A DNA stretch of 54,691 nt. It comes from Girardia tigrina. Its lineage: Eukaryota. The notes beneath the pieces were generated by a model. The model was not told the DNA's origin. It searched no databases and saw only the letters and a program-made list of their open reading frames with translations. The stretch lies in the NCBI GenBank assembly GCA_001938485.1, contig MQRK01215702.1, positions 1 to 54,691 of the forward strand. The letters are read 5' to 3'. Below are positions 38,001 through 52,039 of the stretch, one piece after another (the stretch's first letter is position 1; each line of letters begins with the position of its first letter). A program made the position numbers and the translations under genes.

Positions 38001-39567
38001 ATTTGGAAATCAGAACTGGAAATATTTGATATGGAGATAGAAATTCAGAAAAGGAAAGGACCACAAGAATGCCGATGGTCTTTCAAGACCAGCACCATGT
38101 GAACAGTGTGCCCTACATCATGAAGATCCAAAAAAAAGAAACGTAAAAGAATATCACCCAGTGTACATAGAAAATGGAAAAACTCACAGCGAGTATTCGG
38201 AAACAGAATAACGAGAGTCCAAACGAGTGGGAGCAGGAAACAGATGAAGAGTTACGGAAGTTACGGAATCCAATAACTTACAAAGACGAGAAAAAGAAAT
38301 ATCAATCCGGTGGACATGAAATCAGAATTCGTGGGGACATTATATATTTATTTAAGGATGGAATCTATAGAGTGATAGTGCCAAAACACAAAAGACAGGA
38401 AATAATTTGGAACTACCACCGACAATTGGGACATCCAGGAATAGAAAAAACAGCAGATGTTATTGCAAGAAATCATTACTGGGTGAACATGGTTGAAGAC
38501 GTAAAAGAAACATTAAGTAAATGCATACCATGCATTAGAAACAAAAATATCGATGGAAGAATTAGAGCTCCATTACAGAAGTAATCGGAATAGATATCAC
38601 AGGACAATTTACAAGTACGAGGAAGAGATACCGATACATCCTTGGTGTGATTGACTATTTCTCGAAATATGTATGCTTAATACCGATGAAGACAATAACA
38701 GCAGAAAAAGTGATAAAAAATTTATGGATTCATTGGATATCAAAATTTGGGATTCCAGAACGAATACACTCGGACAGGGGTACTAATTTTACATCAAATT
38801 TATTTATTGAACATTGTCGAGCACTGGGAATAAAGAAGACTTTCACTTCGCCATATTATCTACAGGGAAATGGATTAATAGAAAGGTTGTTCCAAACGGT
38901 AAAACTGATGATCAGCGCAGTGATGGAGGAAAGAAAGATTGAAGACTGGAGTGAAACACTACCATTCATAGAACTGGGAATACGAACAACAAAGCAAAAA
39001 ACCACTAAGTATTCCCCATACGAGGTGTTGTTTGGACGCAAACCAAGAATCAACTTCATTCACTCTGAGCCCTTCTCGGACACGGAATATCACAGCACTG
39101 ATGAATATGTGAATGAAATGAGAAGTAAGATAAAAATAGTTCACGAATTCGTTACTAGAAATTTGAGGGACCAAAATGTTAAAGATAGATTAAGGTATGA
39201 CAATCATCGAAGGAACGCAAAACTACAAGTCGGACAGAAAGTTATGGGCAAAAATCAAGGAGCATAAGGCTTTGAAAATAAATACATTGGGCCATTCGTT
39301 ATCAGGAGAATTATTGACGACTGGACATTCATTTTATATCATGAAGGGGTGAATAAAGAAATACAACGTAACTACAACCAGATCAAAGAAGTGAGAGAAA
39401 CCGAAGATCAGAGTGGGGAAACAAAGACTCAAACCAGTATACGAACTTGGAGAATAAAGTGCAATGAAACTGCTCAGGTCAAAGAGAGAAGATACCCGAC
39501 CAGAAGTACGCGGAATCCAACACCGATATACAGATGGTTTCGAAGAGGGGAATGTGATATTAAATGA
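35098..39567 (+). pseudogene. Outer Gypsy gag-pol (3' part), disrupted
   Basis: CFTCKRIGH and CYGCGATNH knuckles, FDTGAD, RT 36739-37545, RNaseH 37590-38102, integrase 38174-39267. Confidence 0.92.
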
Positions 39568-40856
39568 ATTATTTAATTAAATATGGAATTCGAATAAAAA
39601 GTGCTTGTTTATATATTGTAAAAATTGTAGTTTTTCAAATATGTTTAGTATTATTAAATCTTAATTTTTAATTCGATTCAATTATTTTATATAACATCTA
39701 CAAAATCTAAACCTTAAATTATTTTACATTTTTCTACGAAACTTTATCATAAAAACTAATTAATTTAAATTTACAATAGACCCTTTTATTAAAAAAAATA
39801 TTTCTTAAATATTAATCCGTTAATTATTTATTTCATATTTATTAAAACTTATTTCAAACATTTATCAAAATATATCAATTGTTGTTACTGTAAACATATT
39901 TTAAATAAGTATTTATTTAATCATATTTTTACTCTACATTTTAGTTCTTTAATTTATTTCTTTTAAATTTTCAAATCAAAAAAACAATAAATTATTTTTG
40001 CGAAACTTAAATTTAAAACTAACCCTCATAATTTTAATAATCTGATAATTAATTTCATCATTCATTATTCATTACTTAACATATTTATATATATTTTTTG
40101 GTGATAAGAAAAATAAAAAGAGAAAATAGCAAACACTAATATATTATTTTTATTGAGAGTAGTTGGTCACTAAAAATGAGTTGTACAGGGTTTTTCTCCC
40201 TAACCTACTTTCTTACGCTAAAGTGAATGTTCTTTTCAAAAAAGAACAAAATTTCACTATTTTCACTCAACTATCAAATTCATTATCGTTCAGAATTCTA
40301 CATAAATCTTACAGTAACATTGGGTTCTTGATCAATAGAAGAAGTCATTAACGCAAAACTTTATTTCTAACAAACAATGATTTTTTAAACAAATTTTGGA
40401 GGAACAATGTTTCATTTTTAGCACAACCAGATATCCCATTTAAAATATAAATATTGATATATAATTTTATTTAATTTAAATTTTATACTTTAAGTATAAT
40501 AAAGTATAGTTTTAAATTTTTTAAGGAAATTAAATCCCAATCTGTTTTTTTTATTTTATCATACTTTTGTAACTTCTATTATAAATTAATTTTCTTAAAA
40601 ATAAACTTCTCTTATCATTATTTATAAAATAAAAATTTAAAGAGATTCATCGACGTAATATTTTTTTGATCGATTAGCTTCCTCTTACTTGTACAATTTC
40701 TTTTTAGAATATACATAAAATAATGAACAATAACAAAAACTATCATTTCCATGGTTCAAAAAGTATCATACTAATTATGAGTATCAATTACATATTATAA
40801 AAAAATATTTCATAAACTCGTGTGTTATTAAAGACCTAACAATCCTATCTGTAGTG

Positions 40857-42094
40857 ACCTACCTAATCACTGTTATATTTATATATAAATATACATAAAA
40901 ATTAAATATATAAATATAAATATAATTATTAACTATTGATTCAATGAAAAATAATAAGCAATAAAAAAATAATGAGATCGAATCTTACCAGTAACTACAA
41001 CGTTCGGAATCTGTAAAATCAAGGAAACTAAAGATTTTGTTTTGGAAGAACAATTTTGTTTTATTTCCCCCGATGATTTATGAACAATTTCTGTTTTTAT
41101 CAGATCTACGTTTTTGATTAATTCTTTATTAAGACAAAATTTCCACGATAATCTCAATCATACCATATCTCTATTCGTCATCTATGATTTCTTCGTCACT
41201 GTGAGGAATATTTTAAATTTGGTATGTTGAAATTGATATGTTGAATTTTCTATGTTGAGTTTAGTATTTGGAAATGTGTTTCTCCCACCCACATGGAAAA
41301 TTGATATTTTAGATGTTCACGATAAATAATTATTCGAGTATAATTTATATTTTAAATTACAGCATAAGATATTTAAAAAACATTAAAAATATTAAATCGT
41401 TTCAAATTTTAATATTAAAAAATTTAAATAAAGTAAATAACATTTAACTAAGTTTTAAATTAAATAAATGTTCTTTCTTTACATAAAATCATTTTTTAAA
41501 TAAAATTAATATGTAAATAAAAATTATTACTAAAATTTCAAAATTTGAACTTTAAAAATAAAATCTGAAAATAATGAAAAATTTGTTTATTAAAAACATT
41601 AACTAAAATTTATCAACTTAGAACGATGTCGAATGACGAGAGTTTTGCTGAGAGTTGTCCAAACGACAATTAGAATTGTATTGAAAATAGAAATTCGAAA
41701 ACCAAAATTGGTGTTCTTAATAGTCACAACAATTCTATATATATTTAATCGTTATGTTAATTACGATCAATTGTCAAGTAACTATTCATTTTCAAAGTTA
41801 AATAGTTTATTAATTAAAAATATACTTTGATTAATAATAGTTTTGCTATTGCTATTCTTATATTATTGTTTGAGTAAAAGTGAATTAAATCAAACCACCT
41901 AGACTTCCGATCAGTTCACTTTTAACCATTGGAGTCAGAAGTTGGATTTGAGCTATTCCAAACGTTGTAGGTACAGTTGAAATTCCATCTCATATTTTTT
42001 TATTGCTTATTACTTTTTATTGATTTAATAATTATATTTATATATTTAATTTTGATTTATATTTATGTATAAATATATTAGTGACTAGGTAGGT
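40857..42094. repeat. About 150-bp diverged inverted repeat pair (40857-41010 / 41955-42094)
   Basis: ATTCC(G/A)AACGTTGTAG...ATCTCAT...TTATTGCTTATTA...GTGA(T/C)TAGGTAGGT present on opposite strands. Confidence 0.65.
41200..41722 (+). mobile_element. Solo LTR, TGTGAGG family
   Basis: TGTGAGGAATATTTT...GTTCTTAATA; exact TSD GTCAC. Confidence 0.88.
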
Positions 42095-44076
42095 TCGATC
42101 AATAAAAATCCTCACTAACAATCCTCACAAAATAGTATAATGGAAGAGTCTAAAATCAGCACTTTTTGAGTGTAGAAAGTTGACGTTCAAATAATAATTC
42201 AATCGCCGATTTCACTATGGTGTCTCAATAAAATTTGATTTTCGGTGAGAAGCTTAGATTTTCAGTTTCATATATATTATATGACCATTTGAATATATTG
42301 TATTTATAAGAACAAAACAATTTCAAAAGTTTCTATATAAATTCTGTGTGTTTAAAAGATCCATTGTCTTCTTTTGTTGGGAAGTTGTACTGTAATTGTT
42401 AATAATAGTAATTCTTGTTTCCTAAACCGTTGTTGAAATTTTTCTAATTATACTATCTTATTCTAACAATACACATATTTATAATGACAAAATAATTATA
42501 GAAAAACATTTCATTAGTCATAATTATTCTAATTTATCATAATTTCAAAATAATTATTTTTTATCTGATTAAAAATTTTTTGTTCTTTTTATAATAAAAC
42601 AGGCATATTGTTAGCCTAGTCTATTGGTAGTGTTAGTTATATCAATATTTGAATTCAAAAATAACACAAATAATATATTTTTATAATACACAAATTTAAA
42701 AAAAAATTAGATAAAACAGCCTATACACGAAAGTTTCAAATCTTAAAAAAATTGCTGGGAAGGTTTTCATAATGCTCTCAACTCAATTTTTCATTGTTAT
42801 TATTTGATGTGATGTTCGATCTGGTCGTTATCAATCTACACATTCAATTATCGAGCGCTGTACAACATTATTACAATGAAGTTGATAAATTAGGCTATAT
42901 GTGGTATATTACTTTTTTATACTAAAATTAATGTATTTTATTTAAAATTATGTTGTAATTATATTATCTGTATATTTTTTTCCGAAAATGTTCGGTATAT
43001 GGATTTGCCCTGTGCGGAAAAGTTCGGTCACATATTGTTTGTCATTTCAGAATCCAAATTCATCTTTAACAAAATTTTATTATTAAAAAGAATACAAAAT
43101 ATTTAAATAAATTTCTCGTTAATTTAAATTTTTTCCAAAATCAATTCATTAAACTTTCTTTAGACTTGAAATATAAAATTTAAATGATAATTATAAAATT
43201 TATTTTATTACACAATTATTAAATTTTAATTTAAATAAGCTTTTTTTTCAAAATTATTTTATAAAAATATTATAAAGTTTACCCTGTTTAATAATAATTT
43301 TAAAATTCTTATTTTAAAACTTTTGTTTATCAATTTCTTACTAATATATATCGATTTTAATTAATTTAAACTTTTTTGGTTTTATATAATTATTTAATTC
43401 TTTTTGGTTTTTTTTTAAAATTATTTTTATGTTTTTAAAGTTTTATAAACTTTATGCATGTTTTATATTTTTTAAATTTTTTAAATTTTAAATAAACCGA
43501 ATTTTATAAATTATTTCGCGTATCGACAATTTCAACTAAGTCCTCATATTAGTGAACGATTATTTTTAAATTTTATAAACTATAAATTTAAAAAAAAACT
43601 TATAACATTTTACATACACCATAAAATTTTTTTACATACACCTTCGAAGTGTTAAAAATTAACTAAGTTAATCATATTAAATCTTTTAAATATATTATAT
43701 TTTTTAAAATATAAAACACGTTCAAAACTCTTAATTTTCATTTTTTTTTCTTCAATTATAACAAATTAAAATTAATTTACAAAAAAAAGATTTTCTATTT
43801 TTCTCTTGGAAATTTAAAATTTCATTTAAAAAATTAATATTTGTTTAAATGATATCGGGAAATTGATTATTTTTTTCCGAGATAAAAAATAGTGAACGGA
43901 ACAGATTTTGACAACAAAACATAATTATTTTTGAGATATGAGAGTTGTCTTCGGAAATAAAAAGTTTCAATTTCGTTTTTGTCTGATTTTTGTAATATTT
44001 TTTTTCTTGAAAATAGATGCACTTTCTGAATTTTATATATGAAACTGTAGTGATCAAAAAATTAAATCATATTAAT

Positions 44077-45771
44077 ATTACATTTACTCTTGCTCCAGTG
44101 TCCAAAAGGCAATGAACTTTCCTATCTTTCATGTAAAAATCCACACTTGGACGTCTTTCCAGTTCTTTTTAATTTATCTTAAACTTTGATATCTTCAATA
44201 TTTCCGTTTTACCATTTAGTTTCTTATCATCTTGAGTTGTCATACTATTACACTGTTCTCGATTTACAATATTTTTGCATTCAAGTTCGCACATCTCTTG
44301 AGGAATATTTTTATCCGTAAAATCAAACACACAATCACACAGATCTTCTTTTACCTCTAGAATAATCTCTTGTTGTATTCTCTTATCTTCTATCAGACAT
44401 TTCCGATCTCCTGTCCATTTCATCATCTCTGTCATCTAACTCCACCAAGTGTTGTTTTTTATTCATATATGCCAGTCGTTCTCTATACCTCTGCTTAGAA
44501 TAATCTCTCCTGTCATTCCAATGATTTCTATTATTGTCCCATTTCCGTTGGTCACGTTCTTTAAAATTATTTTGGTTTTCATAACATTGTGTTCGTAGGT
44601 GTCCTCTTCTTTGACAGTGGCTACACTTAACGTTCGGACATTCTCTTCTAACATGACCTTCCTCATGGCAGGCCCAACAAATTCTTTTGACTTTATGATT
44701 TCGACTTGTACCGTCTCTCTTTACTTCGTCGTTCCGTGGTTTTGGTGTTCTTCTTTTAATCTCCACAGTTTTCCAATCATTTTCTTTCCTTGTGTTATAT
44801 GCTGCAATCGGTGAATTTATTTTCTTTTTCCCTTATTCATACATCCTCATTTGTATGTTTTCGATCTCCTCTGCCGTTGTTACACCTCGAATCGACGTTA
44901 TCATCGTCAATCAAATTAGCATAGACCAAGTTTGATAGTTCTTTCTTATCAAACTTTTTCTCCACTAATTTTTCGATTATCTCATCTGCTTTGTGAAACG
45001 CAAGTGACGGGTCACTGCAATTTACTCTTAATTCTATGATATCTTTCATCAAATCCAAAATAGATTTCTCTTTTGAAAATGCTGCTCGCATTTTCTGTTC
45101 GCAAGTACTCCCTGGGGCCTTTTCGTATCTCAGAATCGCATCTGGAGTCAAGTAGGGTGTTACCAGTAGAATTTTTCTCTCCTCTGATAATCCCATAATC
45201 TTTGATTACCTGTTAAAACTTATCACGAATTCTTCTAATTTGTGCTTGGATCCATTAAATGTTTCTGGACCTTTGATGTTCGGAGTCACGTGGTGTGAAG
45301 TCGCTATGTTAAGAAAACTCACACATTTGACAGAACATTTATTACATTCACATTTCTTATCATCTTTATGATGATCAATAGTAATGCTTTCACTTAGATC
45401 CGTCAATCAATTTTCAATATTCTCTCATTAGAATCTGAACTATACTTGAAAAGATTATTTTATTTAAAAATATTTAATTTAAATTTTATTGGCTGAAATA
45501 AAATATTTTTATTGTCATTTTTAAACATTAATTTTATTTTAATTATTTAAAAATTTACAAAAATAAAATCAATAAAATTATTTAAAAGTTGCAATAATAA
45601 AAATTAAAAATTTGAATATTAAATCTAAATTTAAATAAATTAGTTTCAGATTATAAAAAATTAAATATTGATAATCCATCTGGTTAGGAGAGGCACAATC
45701 CCAAATCAACACACAACATTTAAACATGCAAACACTACACAAAAACATCCACACACCAAATATTCCTCACA
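44077..45771 (-). mobile_element. 3'-truncated second copy of the inner Gypsy (5' LTR, gag, start of protease)
   Basis: LTR 45307-45771; gag highly similar to 30418-31500; protease LLDTGARVNV intact, then truncated; the frameshift region is deleted. Confidence 0.92.
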
Positions 45772-47863
45772 GTATTAAAATTCCATATTACTATTTATAG
45801 AAAAACAGTTCCAACTACTCAACTAAAAACAGAAAATGATAGAAACAAAAAAATAATTATTTTTTGCGATAATTACAATTTGTTTTACTGTATTTTGTTG
45901 CTTAAATAAAAGCTTTCTAATTCGAATTCGACAGTAAATTAGAACCATCGGACTGAGACGATATTTGCCTGATGAAATTCGAGAAAAACTTTTACAAAGA
46001 ATCCTCGCTTATATTTGGACGAAGGAATTGTCGAATTGTTGACGTTAGCCAAGAAACCGCAGTGGGTCGAGACCACGCCGCTGAAGTTGCTGTCAGACAA
46101 GACTGCTGTGAACTTGACCGTGATAACATCCAGCATACTGATGTCAATTGCGGCTTCTCAAGTCACCTACCGGTCTTCAGTCAAAAGCACCTCGCGATCG
46201 ATCACCTCGACTCTACCAAATCAGAGCCGATAGAAACAAAAAGAAAATTTCTAATAAAAAATAAAATCAAAATTTTAACATTGTAATCGTGTTTTTATTT
46301 TGTCATTAAAATTAAGAGTAAAAAATATTAAATAATATTATTACGTTTTAAAGAAATACAAAAGAAGTAAAAAAAGTAGTTTTCAGTTATGTTTCTTAAT
46401 CCCGTTTACAAACGTTTCTTTCGACTTGTGTATCAGGGAATTGAAAACTGAAAAACAATTCTCTTCCAGTACAGAAAGAGAGAAGTTCTCATATTCTCTA
46501 CACACGTACAGTTTTCCTTCTAAAATATAAATATTACTATGACAAATATTATGTAGTATAAGATCTTAGAGAAGATATTTGATACAACTGTTGTTCCATT
46601 AGTAGAAAGAAACATTTAATTCCGAAAAAAATATTCTTGCAACAAAAAAGAAGCATGAAAAAAACTTACAACTTTTTACCATCAAGTTTTTAATAAAATC
46701 TAATAAAAAAAATAAAATTAAGAAAAAAATAAATAAAATAAACTTTATTTTACTCATTTAATATATATATATATATATATATATAAATGAAAAAAAAGAA
46801 AAATATAATATAATAAATATTTACATTTCCAATGCTTTTTTTCTATCGATTTTTAAATTGAAATTTTACTGACAAAGTAAATATTGAATAAAGTGAAATA
46901 TGTTTATAACTCTGAAAAATATTTTTTTATATTTTTGCTGTTTTTTATTTGATGTATTTCTTTCATATTTTTTTGTTGAAGGAAAATAAATCCAGTGAAG
47001 AGTTGAACACTTGTTGTTGTCTATGCTGAAATAATTAAAAGTAATATAAACTGTCGACTTTATTTTATATTTTCTAGAGAAAAAATAATATTTTTACTCT
47101 ACTTCATTTGGAAATAGATGTTTCTTTTTCCATTTCCGAATTTCCTCATCACGCAAAATAAATCTCAAAATCGTCTTCTAACCGACTGATTTAATGAACG
47201 AATAATTCAAATAACAAACATCCAAAGTCTTAATGTATTTATTAATTAAGGATGTATAAATAATAATGATGTATTATTTTTTATGTTTCTTACAATTAAA
47301 ACTATTTTAAGCCTTATTTCTATCCTAAAAATTATATTTCTTCTTTATGAGATTAATATATTTTAAAAATATGTTTTGTCAAAACGTTCCCACAGAAACG
47401 AAAACATTATTTGAAAATTATTTATAAATTAATAAAAATTTATTAAAATAACCGTGAGAAAGTCTGGAAAATTAGACAAATAGAAAAAATAAAAACTTAA
47501 AAATATTACTAATAAAACATACTAACACAACTTTTATAAAATTTTTAAATATGAATACATTACATTTTTATGTAAAGAGTGGTGTAATGGTACGTAATGC
47601 AATTCGCTCTCATCTTTAGAGTTCAATCGGCAAGTTGAGGCTTTTTTACAAGGTAATTAATGTTGGGTTTTCAGATAAAATTTCAGTATTTACTTGTTAT
47701 TCACAATCTTTTTATCCGACTCCAAATAATCATGATAGTCTTCCAACACAAATATATAGATAAATGAACACAAATTCTTGTATTAATCCTTATTTTCAAT
47801 AACACATATTAGCACACAGCTTTATAAATGTTCAGATCGTTATTAACAATAATATGTATGCAA

Positions 47864-48792
47864 CACGCTCCGGTCGACCAGTTGAAGTTGATGGCGACAA
47901 AATATCAGCACTGATCAAATCTAATTCACATATGACGACAAGAGAAGTTACAGAGACTATAGAAATATCAAAATCAAGTGTTGGAAGTCATTTAAAGAAA
48001 CTTGGATTCGTCAGTAAACTCGATATGTGGTTACCACATGAACTGAAAGAAATTTATTTGGTGAAACTTATAGACATTTGCGATTCCATTTTGAAGCGAG
48101 AACAAAGTGATCCATTTTTGAAGCGGGTGACGATCCATTTCGGGTGACGAAAAATGGATTGTTTACAACAATGTGGAACGCCGACGATAATGGACAAAAT
48201 GTGGTGAGCCTGCCAAAACGATCCCAAAAGTAGAAATTCACCAAAAGAAGGTTATGCTTTCCGTCTGGTTGGATTTTAAAGGAATTGTGTTTTTGAACTC
48301 CTTCCGAGAAATAAAACCATAAATTCAGACAGATATTGTGGTCAGCTGGAGAAATTGGCTCATTCAATTCAACAGGAACGTCCTGAATTGGCAAATCGAA
48401 AAGGAGTTGTAATTCAGCATGATAAAGCAAGACCGCATACAAGTTTGACCACTCGCCAGAAACTCTTATCACTGGGTTGGGAGGTTATGCCGCACCCATC
48501 ATATTCTCCAGACTTGGCCCCATCGGATTTTCACTTATTTAGATCACTGCAGAATTCCTTAAACAGAAAAATATTCGCCAGTGATGATGATATCAAATCG
48601 TTCCCAGACGGCTTTTTTGCTGACAAAGGCAAAGGTTTTTATGAATCAGGAATAATGAAACTACCGGAAAGGTGGAAGAAAGTGATTGAAAATAATGGAC
48701 AGTATATCGTGTAAAAATATTTGTGCATCCATGTCATTTTTTGATAAAAAACATTTTAGTAAAAAACGCAATGAATTTTTGACCAACCCATT
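47864..48792 (+). mobile_element. 5'-truncated mariner element
   Basis: [39 protein letters not shown]; 3' TIR AAAAAACGCAATGAATTTTTGACCAACCCA. Confidence 0.92.
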
Positions 48793-49485
48793 AGAAATAT
48801 TTGGGCCATTCTAACTGAGTTCATTCTCGTTTATATAATCATTTTTCTCACCTTGAGAATTGATTTATCAAAACAAATATCAAAATATTTACAATTACTA
48901 ATCCGATTTGTATTAAAATAGATATGTTAACCGAAATTGATAATTTTGATCGAAAAATTATTTTCAATTTTTCAACAAAAATTTAAGTTAAAATTCTAAT
49001 TTATATTTTTCGGAACCCCAACAATAACATGGATGGATAAACATATAGCATAATACCGAAATCGCATAATCAAGGTCAAAACATGTAACTCAGAATTTTT
49101 ATGTAAATGAGGAGTAGTTGCAAAGATTTTTGATGCTAAATAAAAATATGAATTTTGTTTTATTATAAAAAAATCGAAGGATCAAAAGTTTTTGTAGAGG
49201 CTTATTAATTAAAATCAAAATGATCTAATTGAATTTTATCGTTACTTTATTTCTACCCTTTATTTTTTTTGACAGAATTTCCTTATTTTTAAATCATATT
49301 CATTTGGCTGTGATATAATTTTTTTTTATTGTATATTTTTTTTACTTTCATTTCGTCGATTTTTTTGTTTATTTTTATGTCATGCAAGATATTATTTATT
49401 AGTATAGATGGATTACAATAATTGATAAAAAGAATTTGAAAAATAAAATTGAATGATCATTGATGATTCATTAAATTACCTGCAG

Positions 49486-49755
49486 ACAATAAAAAGGAGT
49501 TTCTTTCTTTTTCACGTTCTTCAATCATTAATTTATCGCCATTAGAGAAGAAGAAATAGTCGATTCTCTATATTCTTTGAAGTACGAAGAAGAATATTCG
49601 AACAATTTCAAGTAGAAATCCGAAGAACTATATTCGAAACAATAAAAAGAAATTTCTTTCTTTTTCACATTCCTCAATCATCAATTTATCGCAACTCGAG
49701 GAGAAGAAATAGTCAATTCTCTATATTCTTTGAAGTACGAAGAAGAATATTCGAA
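49486..49755. repeat. Direct duplication, 117-bp units with a 153-bp period
   Basis: 49486-49602 versus 49639-49755, roughly 90 percent identical. Confidence 0.85.
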
Positions 49756-50632
49756 GTAACATTTGTTTTTTATTCAGTCCTCCCCACTGACCTCGTTTCT
49801 TCTTTTAACTGTGATCGATTTTAATTATCTTTTTTTTAATTCTTTCTGTTATTGTTGAATATTTAACATTTTTTTGATTGTTTGGTCTTCTTTTTTTATT
49901 TATTTATTCTATTGTAAAAGCAATTTCAAATTAACAACCACTAAACTTTAGGTTGCTTTTACAGTTTTGTAAAAAATATACTCTTTCTAATATGTATTGA
50001 ATGTAGTAATTGTTTTTAAATTATAAATTTCAATACTAATACAATACTTTTTTTAGTTACTTTTCAATCACCCTGTACGGATTGACGTAAATATCTGAAA
50101 TCATTCATAATGTAATCTTCTTGTTTAATTTGTGAATCTAATTGAGAAGGCCTACATCAGCAAATCCTTTACAATTTGTCAGATTCTTAAGATTTAGCTT
50201 TCTATTAAATGGTATGGCTTTAAACAGATAATATGTTGTGTTTACACTATTCATTTTTGTTACAACATATTGAAATATCAGTTTGCGGTAATGAGCTTTC
50301 AATGTTGAAATTATTATAAAATTTTAGGGTCTAAGAATAGGATTTGCATTTATTGACAAAATATTGACTGTAAAGTTTGCGAGATTTGGTAGATCAATAG
50401 TATTTTTACAAGCTTTTCTCAATTATTAATCTAAAACCCCGAAAAAGTCACTTTTTTTTTAATTTGAATCACTCTTATTTTTTGATAATTAAATATGAAA
50501 GACAACAACATTAGTTTTGTTTATAACCACAAATTTTTATTACCATAAATTTGAAAATAAAAATGCATTTATTTTAATTGTTCACAAATTCTGATCAACA
50601 AAAAATCATTTTTCCATTCTTTTTATTAGCTT

Positions 50633-50637
<5 letters not shown>

Positions 50638-50723
<86 letters not shown>

Positions 50724-50791
50724 NNNNNNNNNNNNNNNNNNNNNNNNNNNNNNNNNNNNNNNNNNNNNNNNNNATATATATATATATATAT
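50638..50791. repeat. (AT)n microsatellite spanning a gap
   Basis: Long AT run with an internal N gap. Confidence 0.9.
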
Positions 50792-52039
50792 CGATGGAAT
50801 TTTGAAACCTATTTCTGAAGGCATTTTACTCAATAAAAAATGATGAAAAAAGAAACTATTTTAGAAAGCCATTTACTTACCTTAGTTTCGCCTTCTACTA
50901 TAGACTTACCTAAAATTATTTCCAAATTTCCCATTGGGATTTTCGATGAATAAAACAAGATCAAAACGAACATAGTTATCGGAGAAATTTTGAACGCTAC
51001 TTTGTTATCAATCCAAGCGGACAAAATCCGAAAGAGCGAACAAAATAATACGAATTCTGGAAGGATCGGATCTGATTTGGAACCACCTAGATGGGACGAA
51101 TCGGATATACGACAAGGAGAACCGATGGATTCGGCCAGAAAGGAACCGTTATATCGACCGACCGATCGATAAAGAAAATACAGAATATCGATGAATTTGA
51201 CGACAGTTATCGTGATTTTCGGGGTTATTTTACTATTAATAAAAATGATTTTTTATTTGAAATAATCGATAATGAGTTTCATAATCTTTATTTCTGTTTT
51301 ATTAATAAATCGTCTTTTAAAAATTTTAAAAATTATACTAATAATATTAAAATATTGAATAATTTTTTTTCTAATAAAGTTGATATTAATGAATTTATTA
51401 ACATTAGGATTAAACGATGAATTTATAACTGAACTTAATAGTAAATTTTTCAATAAAAATAATAGAAAAAGATTTTAAAATTTATTTCAAAAATTTTTCG
51501 ATGAAATTTTTATCAAATAAATTATTTAAAAATAATTATTCTATTGAAATTGATTAAAAAAATAATTGAATTAGATGAAAATAACTTTAATATTTTACTC
51601 TGTAAAACTCGAAATAAAATATTTGAATTTTTTCTAACTGAATTTATTGAAATAATAAAATCAATAGACACAGATTATGATGGTTTGGAGACCGTAAAAA
51701 AAAGAAAAAAATAAAGCACAATTTCTCTACTGATTACGGTCGAAACAACGATAAGAAAACTAATAATAATGAAAAAATCGATATTAATAAAAAGAAATTT
51801 AACTAGTTGTTTAAACTGGGTGAAATAAATACCAGTTTAAAAAATGATGAAAAAATTTTTCCTCTAGGAAACCCATTGGGTTTCCTTTCGGCAGAACCCG
51901 AAAAAAAAGGCGGGCCGTGCAGTCTCGACAGAGTTGCGAATTACTATTCATAATGAATTCCAAAATACGGATTTGGTTAAAAATAATAATGACGAAAAAC
52001 TTTTAAATAATAAAATTAAAGACTATCTTTTTACAACAT

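Larger units (their letters stand above)
29640..39696 (+). mobile_element. Ty3/Gypsy LTR retrotransposon (outer), full length, defective
   Basis: LTRs 29640-29777 and 39553-39696 (TG...CA); TSD TCTAC; PBS-like TGGCGAC at 29778; PPT GAAGAGGGGAA; gag with CCHC knuckles, protease FDTGAD, RT YLDD, RNaseH DTDAS, integrase; multiple frameshifts. Confidence 0.95.

Noticed and set aside
41633-41830. Hydrophobic, transmembrane-like ORF in the LTR +1 frame
   Set aside because: Expected shadow of NNT-ending codons in the neighbouring frame; no conserved start among copies
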